DNA from: Nitrosopumilus sp.
GTDB taxonomy: Archaea; Thermoproteota; Nitrososphaeria; Nitrososphaerales; Nitrosopumilaceae
Length of the DNA stretch: 64,000 nucleotides
Direction of reading: 5' to 3'
Assembly (NCBI GenBank): GCA_965218695.1
Contig: OZ244651.1
Location: 1,504,001 to 1,568,000, forward strand
Shown: positions 51,126 through 61,076 of the stretch, one piece after another
How the letters are laid out: each line of letters opens with the position of its first letter
Numbering within the stretch: position 1 is the stretch's first letter
Position numbers and translations under genes: made by a program
The notes under the pieces: model-generated
Told to the model about the DNA's origin: nothing
What the model saw: only the letters and a program-made list of their open reading frames with translations
Database searches by the model: none

Positions 51126-52658
51126 GTATGAATTCACCTGTCCTTCCTGTCACAAAAAAATGATCATACTGATCCATATGCTGGTAATACACATCCCTGT
51201 CCATGGGGAACCCACGGCACATGAACAGGGAACAGCTGGAGAGGGAACTGGCTGAGGAAAGGAAGAAAAATGCCATGCTCGAGTCCAAGATTGAAGAGGT
51301 GCTTGCCAAGATCGAACGTCTTGAAAGGGCCTTGGGGTACAGCGAGCGCATCATGACATACTATACAAACCCCAACACGCCGCCCTCATCTGAATCCCTG
51401 GAATGGAAGGCCCAGAAGAGGGAGCGGGCAAAAAAACAGGAAAAGGGAGACAAAGCCAAGCGCGGGGGAAGAGATGGACACGTGGGGGCGTCGCGCCCCC
51501 GCGACCCGGAAAGGACCGTATCCCACAGGTTCGGGCGCAGGAAGTCGGGCAGGAGACGGGTGCCGGTACTCCCGGAATGCGGGTGCGGCGGCGGCCGGAT
51601 GGCGATTGGCAGTCCGCGCGTGCGGGACATCACGGACATCATGGTGACTGCGTGCGAGACGCGGTACCGCGTGGAGACTGCAATATGCGGCTCATGCGGC
51701 CGCAGGGAAGATGCCCCAAACGACCTGCCGCGGCGGGGCAACTTCGGCAAGGGACTGGTCGGGCTCGTCTCAGAACTGCGCGCGGCACGGGTGCCGCTCA
51801 AGGGAATCTCGGTCGCGGTGCGCTCCATAACGGACATTGAGCTTGCAGGATCCACTGTCAACAACATCATGGCGCGCGTCGGGGACGCCTCGGGCCACGA
51901 GGCAGGCAGGATCCTCGGGGAAGTGGAGGCTTCTGACTGTGCCGGGTTTGACGAGACCAGCTGGCGAAACGACGGCCAGAGGGTGCACGCAAACGTGGCA
52001 CAGTCGGGCAAAAATATCGCAATAAACATCAGCCAGAGCAGGGCCACGCTCATGCTCGATGCCATGGACAAATTTGACGGGGTGGCGATAACTGACGGGT
52101 ACAACGGGTATGACAGGTTTGACAAGGGCGGCATGCACCAGTCGTGCTGGGCGCACGACCTCCGGCAGACAAGACACCTGGCAGAAAAATACTGTGCCGT
52201 GCCTCCCAAGACCAAACGCGTCCGGCGGCGGCGGCAGCTCCACGAGGACCACAAGTGGGTGTTTGAGAGGGCAAAACTGCTGGCCGCGCAGGAGGCGCAC
52301 TCGCCACATCTGCGGCATGCGATGAACCGCACCATGCAGGACGTGCTTGACCGGTACCGCGATGCCGGTGGTGGTAACGATGACGACATGCAAAAGGTGC
52401 TGGACAAGCTCGAGAGGCACCTGCACCGCATGTTTGCGTTCCTGGAGCATCCCGGCGTCGAGCCTACAAACAACGCCAGCGAGAGGGCGCTGCGCTACCT
52501 GGTGGTGTTCCGCAAGATAAGCGGGCAGACCAAGGGTGGGCCCAAGTCCATGAAGCGTCTTGCAGATTTTGTTACATGCGTCCTCACGTGGAGGGCACAT
52601 GGCAAGAGCGTGGCCGAAGAAGTTGGTCGACTGATATAAGGGGCAGGTGAACTCATAC
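51126..52658 (+). mobile_element. IS66-family single-ORF element, variant 1
   Basis: TIR GTATGA(A/G)TTCACCTG; 8-bp TSD TCCATATT. Confidence 0.92.
51203..52639 (+). CDS. IS66-like transposase
   Basis: NTPPSS, FDETSW, TDGY, QSCWAH, PTNNASERALR. Confidence 0.9.
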   Translation: MGNPRHMNREQLERELAEERKKNAMLESKIEEVLAKIERLERALGYSERIMTYYTNPNTPPSSESLEWKAQKRERAKKQEKGDKAKRGGRDGHVGASRPRDPERTVSHRFGRRKSGRRRVPVLPECGCGGGRMAIGSPRVRDITDIMVTACETRYRVETAICGSCGRREDAPNDLPRRGNFGKGLVGLVSELRAARVPLKGISVAVRSITDIELAGSTVNNIMARVGDASGHEAGRILGEVEASDCAGFDETSWRNDGQRVHANVAQSGKNIAINISQSRATLMLDAMDKFDGVAITDGYNGYDRFDKGGMHQSCWAHDLRQTRHLAEKYCAVPPKTKRVRRRRQLHEDHKWVFERAKLLAAQEAHSPHLRHAMNRTMQDVLDRYRDAGGGNDDDMQKVLDKLERHLHRMFAFLEHPGVEPTNNASERALRYLVVFRKISGQTKGGPKSMKRLADFVTCVLTWRAHGKSVAEEVGRLI

Positions 52659-52749
52659 TCCATATTCACATCAAATGCTATAAGTTATGCGGATTATGGG
52701 TTCTCCTGCATCATCGGTTGGTGACACAAAATCAGGATCTTCTCCAGAT

Positions 52750-52926
52750 TCACTCGTCTGGCCTGCGCACCATTATGTCATCACCGGAAATGACAAACTT
52801 TAGTTTGTCGGGATTGCCAAGCATTTCAAGTATCGGTTTTGGTATGTAGCTGTAGTTTGTCAGACGCTTCTCGTTTTTGATCACAGAAACGGTAAATTCC
52901 TTGGCGTCTTTGGCCCACTGGGTCAT
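52750..52926 (-). CDS. 58-aa AbrB/swapped-hairpin-like protein inside the IS6-like element
   Basis: Manual translation MTQWAKDAKEFTVSVIKNEKRLTNYSYIPKPILEMLGNPDKLKFVISGDDIMVRRPDE; below the ORF-track cutoff. Confidence 0.65.
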   Translation of the reverse strand: MTQWAKDAKEFTVSVIKNEKRLTNYSYIPKPILEMLGNPDKLKFVISGDDIMVRRPDE

Positions 52927-52997
52927 GAATTTTTTTTAGCTGCCTGTTATTTAAGACTGGTAGAAAGATCTATGTAATAATACCAATTGGTTTATTT

Positions 52998-54143
52998 ATG
53001 AACAGGGCAAAACGCGCCAAAACGGCGGCAAGGCAGGGACAGGTGATCAGCAACGACCCAAAGCAGGTGAGGATGACAAGTCTCAGACGATGGAATGTGG
53101 CATCGCAGTCTATTCCAGGACTGTGGTATCTGGTGATTCTTGGCTCTGCCGGGTTTGTATGCGCGTGCCAGCATTACGTCAATTGTGACGGCCTGTGCAA
53201 GCACGTGCGGGCAGTGGACGTGTTGCTTGGCCGGATGTGGGACCGGTGCAGGAACCAAAATACAATTGTCATTAGCATGCCTCAGACTGCATGCCACCAT
53301 TGCAAGTCGACTGTGTTTGCACGCAACGGGCACCGACACAACGCGTACGGGCCGATCCGGCGGTACCGGTGTAAGCCGTGCGGCCGGACATTCTCCGGAC
53401 GGCCGGGCTTCAAGAAGCGCCATGCCGGCCCAGAGGCGATATCCCGGGCACTCAGGGAGGCAGCGTACGGGCTGTCCTGCGCTGCGGTGCAGGCAGTGAT
53501 GGCACAGGACGGAACAACCGTGCATTCAAGCACGATATACAGGTGGACTGCACATTATTCGACGCTGATGGATGAATATTCAAGGCGGCTGCAGCCGCGC
53601 ACGAGCTACAAGTGGCACTGCGACGAGATACATTTCAAGGTTCGCGCGCAGGCGCGGTGGCTTTTTGCCGTCATGGACGGCGCCAGCAGGTTCATACTGT
53701 CCCATGACGTGTCTGAGACAAAACTCAACTACAGACCCGCCCCCCTGTTTGCAGCCGCAAGGAATCTGGCCGGAACCACCCCGTGGGTGCTGGTAACAGA
53801 CGGCCTGCAGGCGTTTTGTCCTGCCGCCCGCAGGGCGTTTTGGAGACGCAACGGCTTCAGGCTGATCCACGTCCGGGAGATTCACCTGAAGAACCGCTTC
53901 AGTCATAACAACAAGCACGAGAGGCTTAACGGCGAATTCAAGGATCGCATCAAGACCGCCCGCGAGTTCGGGACAGAAAGTCCCGCGCTTGTGCGGCTGA
54001 TGATCGTCCACCACAACTTTTTCCGCCCCCATGGCGGCATTGGCAAAATTACACCCGCAGAGGCCGCAGGGATCGTCATATCTGGAACGGACAAGCAGAT
54101 CACCCTCATCAGTAATGCAGCAGCTGCTGCAGCAGCAGCGTAG
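52998..54143 (+). CDS. IS6/IS240-like DDE transposase with SWIM-like and Zn-ribbon N-terminal domains
   Basis: CAC...CKH, CHHC...YRCKPCGRTF, WHCDE, VTDGL, NNKHERLN, HHNFFRPH...TPAEAAGI. Confidence 0.85.
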   Translation: MNRAKRAKTAARQGQVISNDPKQVRMTSLRRWNVASQSIPGLWYLVILGSAGFVCACQHYVNCDGLCKHVRAVDVLLGRMWDRCRNQNTIVISMPQTACHHCKSTVFARNGHRHNAYGPIRRYRCKPCGRTFSGRPGFKKRHAGPEAISRALREAAYGLSCAAVQAVMAQDGTTVHSSTIYRWTAHYSTLMDEYSRRLQPRTSYKWHCDEIHFKVRAQARWLFAVMDGASRFILSHDVSETKLNYRPAPLFAAARNLAGTTPWVLVTDGLQAFCPAARRAFWRRNGFRLIHVREIHLKNRFSHNNKHERLNGEFKDRIKTAREFGTESPALVRLMIVHHNFFRPHGGIGKITPAEAAGIVISGTDKQITLISNAAAAAAAA

Positions 54144-54188
54144 TCGCAGCAGCAGCAGTAGCAACGGCAGCTGTAGCAACGGCAGCGA
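54117..54188. repeat. Degenerate GCA/CAG repeat tract over the transposase stop
   Basis: Encodes terminal poly-Ala and continues as CAG and TAGCAACGGCAGC repeats after the stop. Confidence 0.85.
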
Positions 54189-54401
54189 CACACGTAGCCC
54201 AGACTGGCCTTGGCGTGATGGATGTCCCATCAATGCATGTCATGGCAATGACTGGGATTATCCATCACAACTGGCAGATTCTCCCTAGAGGAATTATGAT
54301 TTAATGGGGAATGGCATAACGGTGCGTAAAACAGGCAAGTAAATCTGGAGAAGATCCTGAATTTGTGCCACCAACCGATGATGCAGGAGAACCCGGATTA
54401 T

Positions 54402-54802
54402 GGTTCTGCTAAGTTATCGTCGCCTGAACATTCTTGTTAACTCCCGTCGCCTGAAAGCATCAAAATGCCTGCGATTCGTATTCAGCACTTCCAAGAGACG
54501 GGAGTTGCCACGTATGCGCCATACAAATAACTTGACAACACTCAACGGCGCAAACCTTCTTTCCGTCAACGATCCTCGGTGCTTATGCCATTTCTGCCCC
54601 GCAAAAATGATGGAAGAACGCCCCATCCCCCTGAAATGCCTGAACGACGCGGCCTCCGGCAAAGGGTATGTGCCGACGGCGCGTAACGCCTCCATGCAGG
54701 TCTGGTTGCGTCAGGCACGGACAGGTGACGGCGCGTAACGCCTCGCCAAGCAGGTGACGGCGCGTAACAGTCCGGAGAAGGTGACGATAACGTAACAGAA
54801 CC
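54402..54802. mobile_element. ~400-bp non-autonomous element with IS6-type ends and subterminal repeats
   Basis: 24-bp TIR GGTTCTG(C/T)TA(A/C)GTTATCGTC(G/A)CCT; repeated GACGGCGCGTAAC motifs near the right end; no TSD. Confidence 0.7.
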
Positions 54803-55836
54803 CACCGGCCCCATGCTTATAAGTATCAGAGCAGTACATGTATAATGCAATGTTTTCACAAGGGAATGTTTGGCGGATGCCGTGAAGAATCTGTTGTAGG
54901 AAGATGTAATTACAGGTAAAATTACAATGGATCCTCCAATAACTTATCATTATTTTGAAGTAGGGCTTCATGATTCAACTTCTGACCGGGATAGCCGTTT
55001 TTCTCATGGTATCCGTTTTGTTAGTGTAGACATCATTGAAGGAGAGGGTGTGTCTGAACTCAAGGCAGCCTCATGTGAGCATGAGCTTAATGGGAGCACC
55101 ACATACAAACGATTGGCAGCTTATCCATATGACTCATTTGAACTGGAACCGATACCCGTTACCTTTCTGGGCCGAGAGTGATAACGCTGGCCAATCTCCT
55201 CCCCTCCCTCATGTTTTCTGCCCTTGTGATCGGGATGGTTGCGATGCCATCGGCTGCTTTTGCAGACCATGTAGAAATCACAGTCACACACGTAGCAGGT
55301 TCTGACGTTCCAGGATGTTACGATCTCGATGGAGGATGCCACACTCCGCTGGTTGCAACAGTTGATGTAGGCGGCAAGGTAATATTCTCAAACACGGACA
55401 GTGTGGCACATGCATTCGCATCTGGAACCCCAAGATCTGGTGGCCCAAGCGGTCTGTTTGACAGTGGGTTACTACTTCCAGGACAAGCATTTGAGTGGAC
55501 ACCGACGGAAGTAGGTGAGGTTTCTTACTTTTGTATTATACACCCATGGGCTATAGACACAATCATTGTACTGGAAGCGGGTGCCACGATAGACGACGAA
55601 GATGACGACGCGATGGAAGAGATGGTGGATGACACCCCGGCGACTTCCGGTTGCTTGATCGCCACTGCCGCGTACGGCAGCGAGCTTGCCCCGCAGGTGC
55701 AGTTCCTACGTGAAATTAGGGACAACACGTTGCTGTCCACCGCATCCGGGACTTCCGTATGAATTCACCTGTCCTTCCTGTCACAAAAAAATGATCATAC
55801 TGATCCATATGCTGGCAATACACATCACTTTACATG

Positions 55837-57008
55837 AGACATCATCCGTAATTGGGCATAATCACGAGATTGGACGCATTGCAGGACAAATCTGGCTGAC
55901 TGCATGGAATTGCATGTCAATTCGAACTTGCCCGATGATCAAAACTATACGTCAGCCGTGTTTTATTCTGATTGCCAATGTCAAAGCATGTCATTATACG
56001 ACAAATTAGCAAAAAAGCCCAAACTGTTCATCCGGTGCACTGGACTGACAGTCTCCGAATTTAATTTGGTGGCAGGGCGGCTGGCAAAAAAATACCCCAA
56101 GGCAGAGCAAAAGCGACTCGCCAAAAGAAGCAGGGTGCGCGGCATTGGTGCCGGACGCAGGTGGAAACTGGATCTGAAAAACAGGTTTCTTCTGGTCCTG
56201 TTTTATTACAGGACATACGCTACGCAGGATCTTCTTGCCCTGACGTTCCATGTGGGTCAGGCCAGTGTGTCCCGCAGCATGGGGGCACTGGAGCCGTCGA
56301 TCCGGCAGTGCGTTCCGCTTCCGTCAAAGATCTACGCCAACATCAAGGCCACCAAGACGCTTGACGATCTTGAGGAGATCATTCCTGGCCTGACTGCCCT
56401 GATTGATGCCTCCGAGCAGCAGATACAGCGTCCCGGACGCAAGGACATGGAACGGTCCCACTACTCGGGCAAGGCACACAGGCACACGTCCAAGGTCCAG
56501 TACACGTCGGCCACGGACGGCCTCATCCTTCACAAGACCCGGCATTCCCCGGGCAGGATCCACGACTTTGCAGTATTCAAGAAGAAACACCCGACATTCC
56601 CTGACAACCTTCCACGCAAGGACGGGAGCAAGGACAAGGAAAGGATCAAAGTCAGAGAGATCCTGGACAACGGATACCAGGGGATCAACAAAGAATTTCC
56701 TGACCGGGATGCAGTAGTGCCGTACAAGAAGCAAAAAGGCGCAGAATTGTCCCCCGAGCAGAAGGAATTCAACAAAAAGCACTCAAAGGCACGGGTGTAT
56801 GTGGAGCACGCCATCCGCAGGGTCAAACGGTTTCGCATAATGAGCGGTGTCTACCGAAACCGCCTGAAAAAATACGACACCGTCAATGACATCGTCTGCG
56901 GATTTGCCAACCTCAGGGTTCTCCTAGTCCGGGAAGCAACCTGATAGGAGTCAAAAAACCTACACAGTATAGGAAAATATGTACAATTTCTAATTACGGA
57001 TTATGTCT
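55837..57008 (+). mobile_element. IS5-family DDE_Tnp_4-like element nested in IS66
   Basis: TIR AGACAT(C/A)ATCCGTAATT(G/A)G; 3-bp TSD ATG. Confidence 0.87.
55988..56944 (+). CDS. DDE_Tnp_4-like transposase with HTH
   Basis: TGLT..EF, GAGRR, IDASEQQIQRP, YSGK, LDNGYQG, RVYVEHAIRRVK. Confidence 0.9.
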   Translation: MSLYDKLAKKPKLFIRCTGLTVSEFNLVAGRLAKKYPKAEQKRLAKRSRVRGIGAGRRWKLDLKNRFLLVLFYYRTYATQDLLALTFHVGQASVSRSMGALEPSIRQCVPLPSKIYANIKATKTLDDLEEIIPGLTALIDASEQQIQRPGRKDMERSHYSGKAHRHTSKVQYTSATDGLILHKTRHSPGRIHDFAVFKKKHPTFPDNLPRKDGSKDKERIKVREILDNGYQGINKEFPDRDAVVPYKKQKGAELSPEQKEFNKKHSKARVYVEHAIRRVKRFRIMSGVYRNRLKKYDTVNDIVCGFANLRVLLVREAT

Positions 57009-58457
57009 ATGGTAAATTCACGGCACATGAGCAGGGACCAGCTAAAAGAGGAACTCCTAGCACGGAACCGGGAGATTGCCACCCTCAAATCCGATCTTGA
57101 GAAGGCACTTGGCAGGATAGAACGTCTTGAAAGGGCCTTGGGGTACAGCGAACGCCTCATGACATACTATACAAACCCCAACACGCCGCCCTCATCTGAA
57201 TCCCTGGAATGGAAGGCCCAGAAGAGGGAGCGGGCAAAAAAACAGGAAAAGGAGGGCAAATCCAAGCGCGGGGGAAGAAAGGGACACGCGGGGGCGTCGC
57301 GCCCCCACGACCCGGAAAGGACCGTATCCCACAGGTTCGGGCGCAGGAAGTCGGGCAGGAGGCGGGTGCCGGTGCTCCCGGAATGCGGGTGCGGCGGCGG
57401 CGGCGGCCGGATGGCGATTGGCAGTCCGCGCGTGCGGGACATCACGGACATCAGGGTGACTGCGTGCGAGACGCGGCACCGCGTGGAGACTGCAGTATGC
57501 GGCTCATGCGGCCGCAGGGAAGATGCTCCAAACGACCTGCCGCGGCGGGGCAACTTCGGCAAGGGCATGGTCGGACTCGTCTCAGAACTGCGCGCGGCAC
57601 GGGTGCCGCTCAAGGGAATCTCGGTCGCGGTGCGCTCCATAACGGGCATTATGCTTGCAGGATCCACCGTCAACAACATCATGGCACGCGTCGGGGACGC
57701 CTCGGGCCACGAGGCAGGCAGGATCCTCGGGGAAGTGGAGGCTTCTGACTGTGCCGGGTTTGACGAAACCAGCTGGCGAAACGACGGCCAGAAGGTACAC
57801 GCAAACGTGGCACAGTCGGGCAAAAACATCGCAATAAACATCAGCCAGAGCAGGGCCACGCTCATGCTCGATGCCATGGACAAATTTGACGGGGTGGCGA
57901 TAACTGACGGGTACACCGGATATGACAGGTTTGACAAGGACGGCATGCACCAGTCGTGCTGGGCGCACGACCTCCGGCAGACAAGGCACCTGGCAGAAAA
58001 ATACTGCGCCGTGCCTCCCGAGACCAAACGTGTCCGGCGGCGGCAGCAGCAGCTCCACGAGGACCACAAGTGGGTGTTTGAGAGGGCAAAACTGCTGGCC
58101 GCGCAGGAGGCGCGCTCGCCACAGCTGCGGCATACGATGAACCGCACCATGCAGGACGTGCTTGACCGGTACCGCGATGCCGGTGGTGGTGGTGACGATG
58201 ACGACATGCAAAAGGTGCTGGACAAGCTCGAGAGGCACCTGCACCGCATGTTTGCGTTCCTGGAGCATCCCGGCGTCGAGCCTACAAACAACGCCAGCGA
58301 GAGGGCGCTGCGCTACCTGGTGGTGTTCCGCAAGATAAGCGGGCAGACCAAGGGCGGCTCCAAGGCCATGAAGCGCCTTGCAGATTTTGTCACGTGCGTC
58401 CTCACGTGGAGGGCACATGGCAAGAGCGTGGCCGAAGAAGTTGGTCGACTGATATAA
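57009..58457 (+). CDS. IS66-like transposase (variant 2)
   Basis: Near-identical to 51203-52639 except for the first ~36 aa. Confidence 0.9.
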   Translation: MVNSRHMSRDQLKEELLARNREIATLKSDLEKALGRIERLERALGYSERLMTYYTNPNTPPSSESLEWKAQKRERAKKQEKEGKSKRGGRKGHAGASRPHDPERTVSHRFGRRKSGRRRVPVLPECGCGGGGGRMAIGSPRVRDITDIRVTACETRHRVETAVCGSCGRREDAPNDLPRRGNFGKGMVGLVSELRAARVPLKGISVAVRSITGIMLAGSTVNNIMARVGDASGHEAGRILGEVEASDCAGFDETSWRNDGQKVHANVAQSGKNIAINISQSRATLMLDAMDKFDGVAITDGYTGYDRFDKDGMHQSCWAHDLRQTRHLAEKYCAVPPETKRVRRRQQQLHEDHKWVFERAKLLAAQEARSPQLRHTMNRTMQDVLDRYRDAGGGGDDDDMQKVLDKLERHLHRMFAFLEHPGVEPTNNASERALRYLVVFRKISGQTKGGSKAMKRLADFVTCVLTWRAHGKSVAEEVGRLI

Positions 58458-58824
58458 GGGGCAGGTGAATTCATACGGACTTCCTTCATGAATGGTTTTA
58501 ACCAAGTGTACTATTCCTTCTCGCCTGCAATTGCAGACCTTGAAAGGGAGAATCCGGTATTCAGAGATCTGCTAAGGGTGGCAATCACACCTGCAATGTA
58601 CACACTGAACATCATGACGCTTGCGGATCCTGGATCCGAAGCATCTGTGTTGGCATTTGGCATCCTCTCGATTGGTGCCATCGCGGGCATGTACATGGTA
58701 GGACCAGTCTTGACAGTCCACGTAATCCGCAAGGGAACGGGCCGCCGCAACTATACTAACGCGCCAAAATTTGTGTGCGAATAATCGAAAAGTTTGTAGA
58801 TCAGAACTCATTCCAGTGATGTGT

Positions 58825-59028
58825 GGACTCTGATAAATTTTTGTGATCTGATCACCAAAATTTACCACCAAGGTGTAAGTATGATTCAGCTCACTTTTGA
58901 ACAGCCCCGTAGAAGGCACCACACTTTTGAACACCGTGATGAAATGCGGCGGGCTTGAATCTGGAGAAGATCCGAAAACACACTTTTGAACAACAACCAT
59001 CAGAGATCGCCAAAATTTACCAGAGCCC
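58825..59028. mobile_element. ~200-bp MITE-like element with IS6-type ends
   Basis: GGACTCTGATAAATTTT... / ...AAAATTTACCAGAGCCC; internal AATCTGGAGAAGATCC shared with the IS6 TIR. Confidence 0.55.
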
Positions 59029-59163
59029 AAATTGGAATGGCTGTTAACTTGGCGTGATCTTTCTGGACCAAATGCGCTGGTAACTATTTATGAAAAAAAC
59101 GCGCGCGAAGTGCTTGGTGTATAGTGGATTAGGCAGGTTATAAAACGCAAACACTATGTCCTG

Positions 59164-59364
59164 TTGATGACAAGCGAATATGAGGAACTGGTGGCAGAAA
59201 AAGAACAAATTGAAGCAGAATTTGGACAAATCGTTGAAGGCCAAGCACAAGCCATACATGACATGCAAGAACGGGCATTAGATGATGGTGAGAGAAGGAA
59301 AGACGAAATACGGGCTAGGTTGGGGGAGATCAACCAGCGGTTAAACGAGATACGCGGTTCTTAA
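59164..59364 (+). CDS. Small coiled-coil hypothetical protein
   Basis: Heptad-rich 66-aa ORF; TTATAAA ~25 bp upstream. Confidence 0.55.
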   Translation: MMTSEYEELVAEKEQIEAEFGQIVEGQAQAIHDMQERALDDGERRKDEIRARLGEINQRLNEIRGS

Positions 59365-59737
59365 ATTGCCTCTGCATGTATTCTACGCGTCGGCGCGAGG
59401 AATACGCCGTGTTGTCCGGCCCTTTCTGATCACAACACGGGGGTCATATAAGATGGCATGAAGTCTCTTTCGGCAGTTGGTAGTAGAATAGTTTGGCATA
59501 ACGGGTTGGTTTTAGCGGGCAGGTTTGGCGCGAACTTGGTCGTTGCAAGAGGTTTTATTAAAAACTAAAAACCTTACAAGAACATGATCCAACACCAAAC
59601 CCAAGTCTGCACAGAATGCGACCGTTTTGAAAAGAAAACACACAGGCAATTAGTTTTACACACGTCCCAGGTCATGCAGACGTTACGGTTTTGCCGTCGT
59701 AACATTGATAAAATATGAAATATGTGGAGTGTATGCA

Positions 59738-60832
59738 ATGATATCAAAGACACCAAACCCGAGAAAACGAGTAGCCATTATCGGCGCTACCGGCTCAGTT
59801 GGACAGGAGTTTGTCCAGTCTCTTGACGGGCATGATTGGTTCGAGGTAACGCAGATAGCCGCCTCTGAACGCTCCGCTGGCAAGAACTATCTTGATGCCA
59901 TAAGGGATTCAAGCGGAATCATAGCATGGGACGTTGTAGGGGAGATACCGGAGTACATAAAATCGATGACCGTGCGCCGGATAGACGAGCTTGACACTTC
60001 AAGCCTTGATCTGGTATTTTCCGCAGTAGAGTCAAAGGCAGCCCGCGACATTGAGACCCGGATGGCGGCCATGCTGCCGGTGATATCCACGTCGTCCGCG
60101 TACCGGTACGAGAAGGACGTCCCCATACTCATACCTGGTATCAACGACGCGCAATCGGACCTGCTGGACGTCCAGAGCAGGAACCGCAACTGGAAGGGCT
60201 GGGTGGCACCGCTGCCAAACTGCACCACGACGGGTCTTGCCATCACGCTAAAACCCCTCCTTGACAAGTACGGCGTTAAGCGCGTCTTGATGACGTCGAT
60301 GCAGGCGATATCCGGTGGAGGCAAGACAGGGGTGTCTGCAATGGGCATCACAGACAACATACTTCCTTACATACCAAAGGAGGAAGACAAGGTCAAAAAG
60401 GAGACTAGAAAGATACTTGGAACGCTCAACGGCGAGAGGATCGAGGACGCTGACATCGGGATCAGTTGTACCTGCACCCGGGTACCCGTAATCGACGGGC
60501 ATACCGAGTCGGTGTTCGTCGAGACCAGGGGCGAGATTGACCCGCAAAAGGCAAAGGAGGCGTATCACGACTACAACCATACAGTGTCGGTGGCCGGGTT
60601 GCCGTCGGCGCCAAGAGACTATTACGCGTTTCACGAGGATCCTACCAGGCCGCAGCCGCGCATGGAGCGGACTGTGGGTGACGGCATGACTACCACGGTC
60701 GGCAGGGTGGAGAAGGAGGACTTGTTTGAGAACGGGCTCAAATATGTGCTGTTCTCGCACAACAAGAAGATGGGTTCTGCAAAGGGTGCTGTTCTGCTTG
60801 CAGAGATGCTGTACACAAAAGGCAAGATTTGA
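59738..60832 (+). CDS. asd: Aspartate-semialdehyde dehydrogenase
   Basis: IIGATGSVGQ, PNCTT, QAISGGG, RVPVIDGHTE, SHN...G.AKG. Confidence 0.96.
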   Translation: MISKTPNPRKRVAIIGATGSVGQEFVQSLDGHDWFEVTQIAASERSAGKNYLDAIRDSSGIIAWDVVGEIPEYIKSMTVRRIDELDTSSLDLVFSAVESKAARDIETRMAAMLPVISTSSAYRYEKDVPILIPGINDAQSDLLDVQSRNRNWKGWVAPLPNCTTTGLAITLKPLLDKYGVKRVLMTSMQAISGGGKTGVSAMGITDNILPYIPKEEDKVKKETRKILGTLNGERIEDADIGISCTCTRVPVIDGHTESVFVETRGEIDPQKAKEAYHDYNHTVSVAGLPSAPRDYYAFHEDPTRPQPRMERTVGDGMTTTVGRVEKEDLFENGLKYVLFSHNKKMGSAKGAVLLAEMLYTKGKI

Positions 60833-61076
60833 GTTTCGTGTAAGACGTAACCATGATTCAGGTTTAATGGTGTGTAACCGTTGATTTGGATTTCCTAAAT
60901 CTTGAGCGTGTTGCTGCATTTCGGACAAGGCCTGCCAGTCATCAGCAGTCAAGTTCTTCCGGTTCTGGCACGTCGTGTTCAGGGCATATTTCATTCACTG
61001 GTACCAGTGCTATAGTACGTGACAAAGATGGCTACCAGCAACTCATGACAGAATCGGATTTTGGGTTCTGTGATGC

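Larger units (their letters stand above)
52699..54393 (+). mobile_element. IS6-like element with ~52-bp TIRs and a divergent small gene
   Basis: GGTTCTCCTGCATCATCGGTTGGTG.CACAAA.TCAGGATCTTCTCCAGATT at both ends; direct repeat CGGATTAT(G). Confidence 0.9.
55757..58476 (+). mobile_element. IS66-family element, variant 2, carrying a nested IS
   Basis: TIR GTATGAATTCACCTG; 8-bp TSD GGACTTCC (55749-55756, 58477-58484). Confidence 0.92.
55178..58784 (+). pseudogene. Secreted cupredoxin (blue-copper) protein with CFI-box-CTERM domain, split by nested IS
   Basis: Signal peptide, N.DSVAH, YFCIIHPW, GCLIATAAYGSELAPQVQ.LREIRD; joins ...TASGTS-FMNGFNQVYYSFSP... in frame. Confidence 0.9.

Noticed and set aside
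54670-54800. GACGGCGCGTAAC repeats as a mini-CRISPR
   Set aside because: The repeats are short, irregularly spaced and continuous with a TIR; they are better explained as subterminal repeats.
54927-55181. 84-aa ORF upstream of the cupredoxin
   Set aside because: It may be a frameshifted remnant of a secreted protein (a signal-like MIQLLTGIAVF in another frame), but this cannot be supported from the sequence alone.
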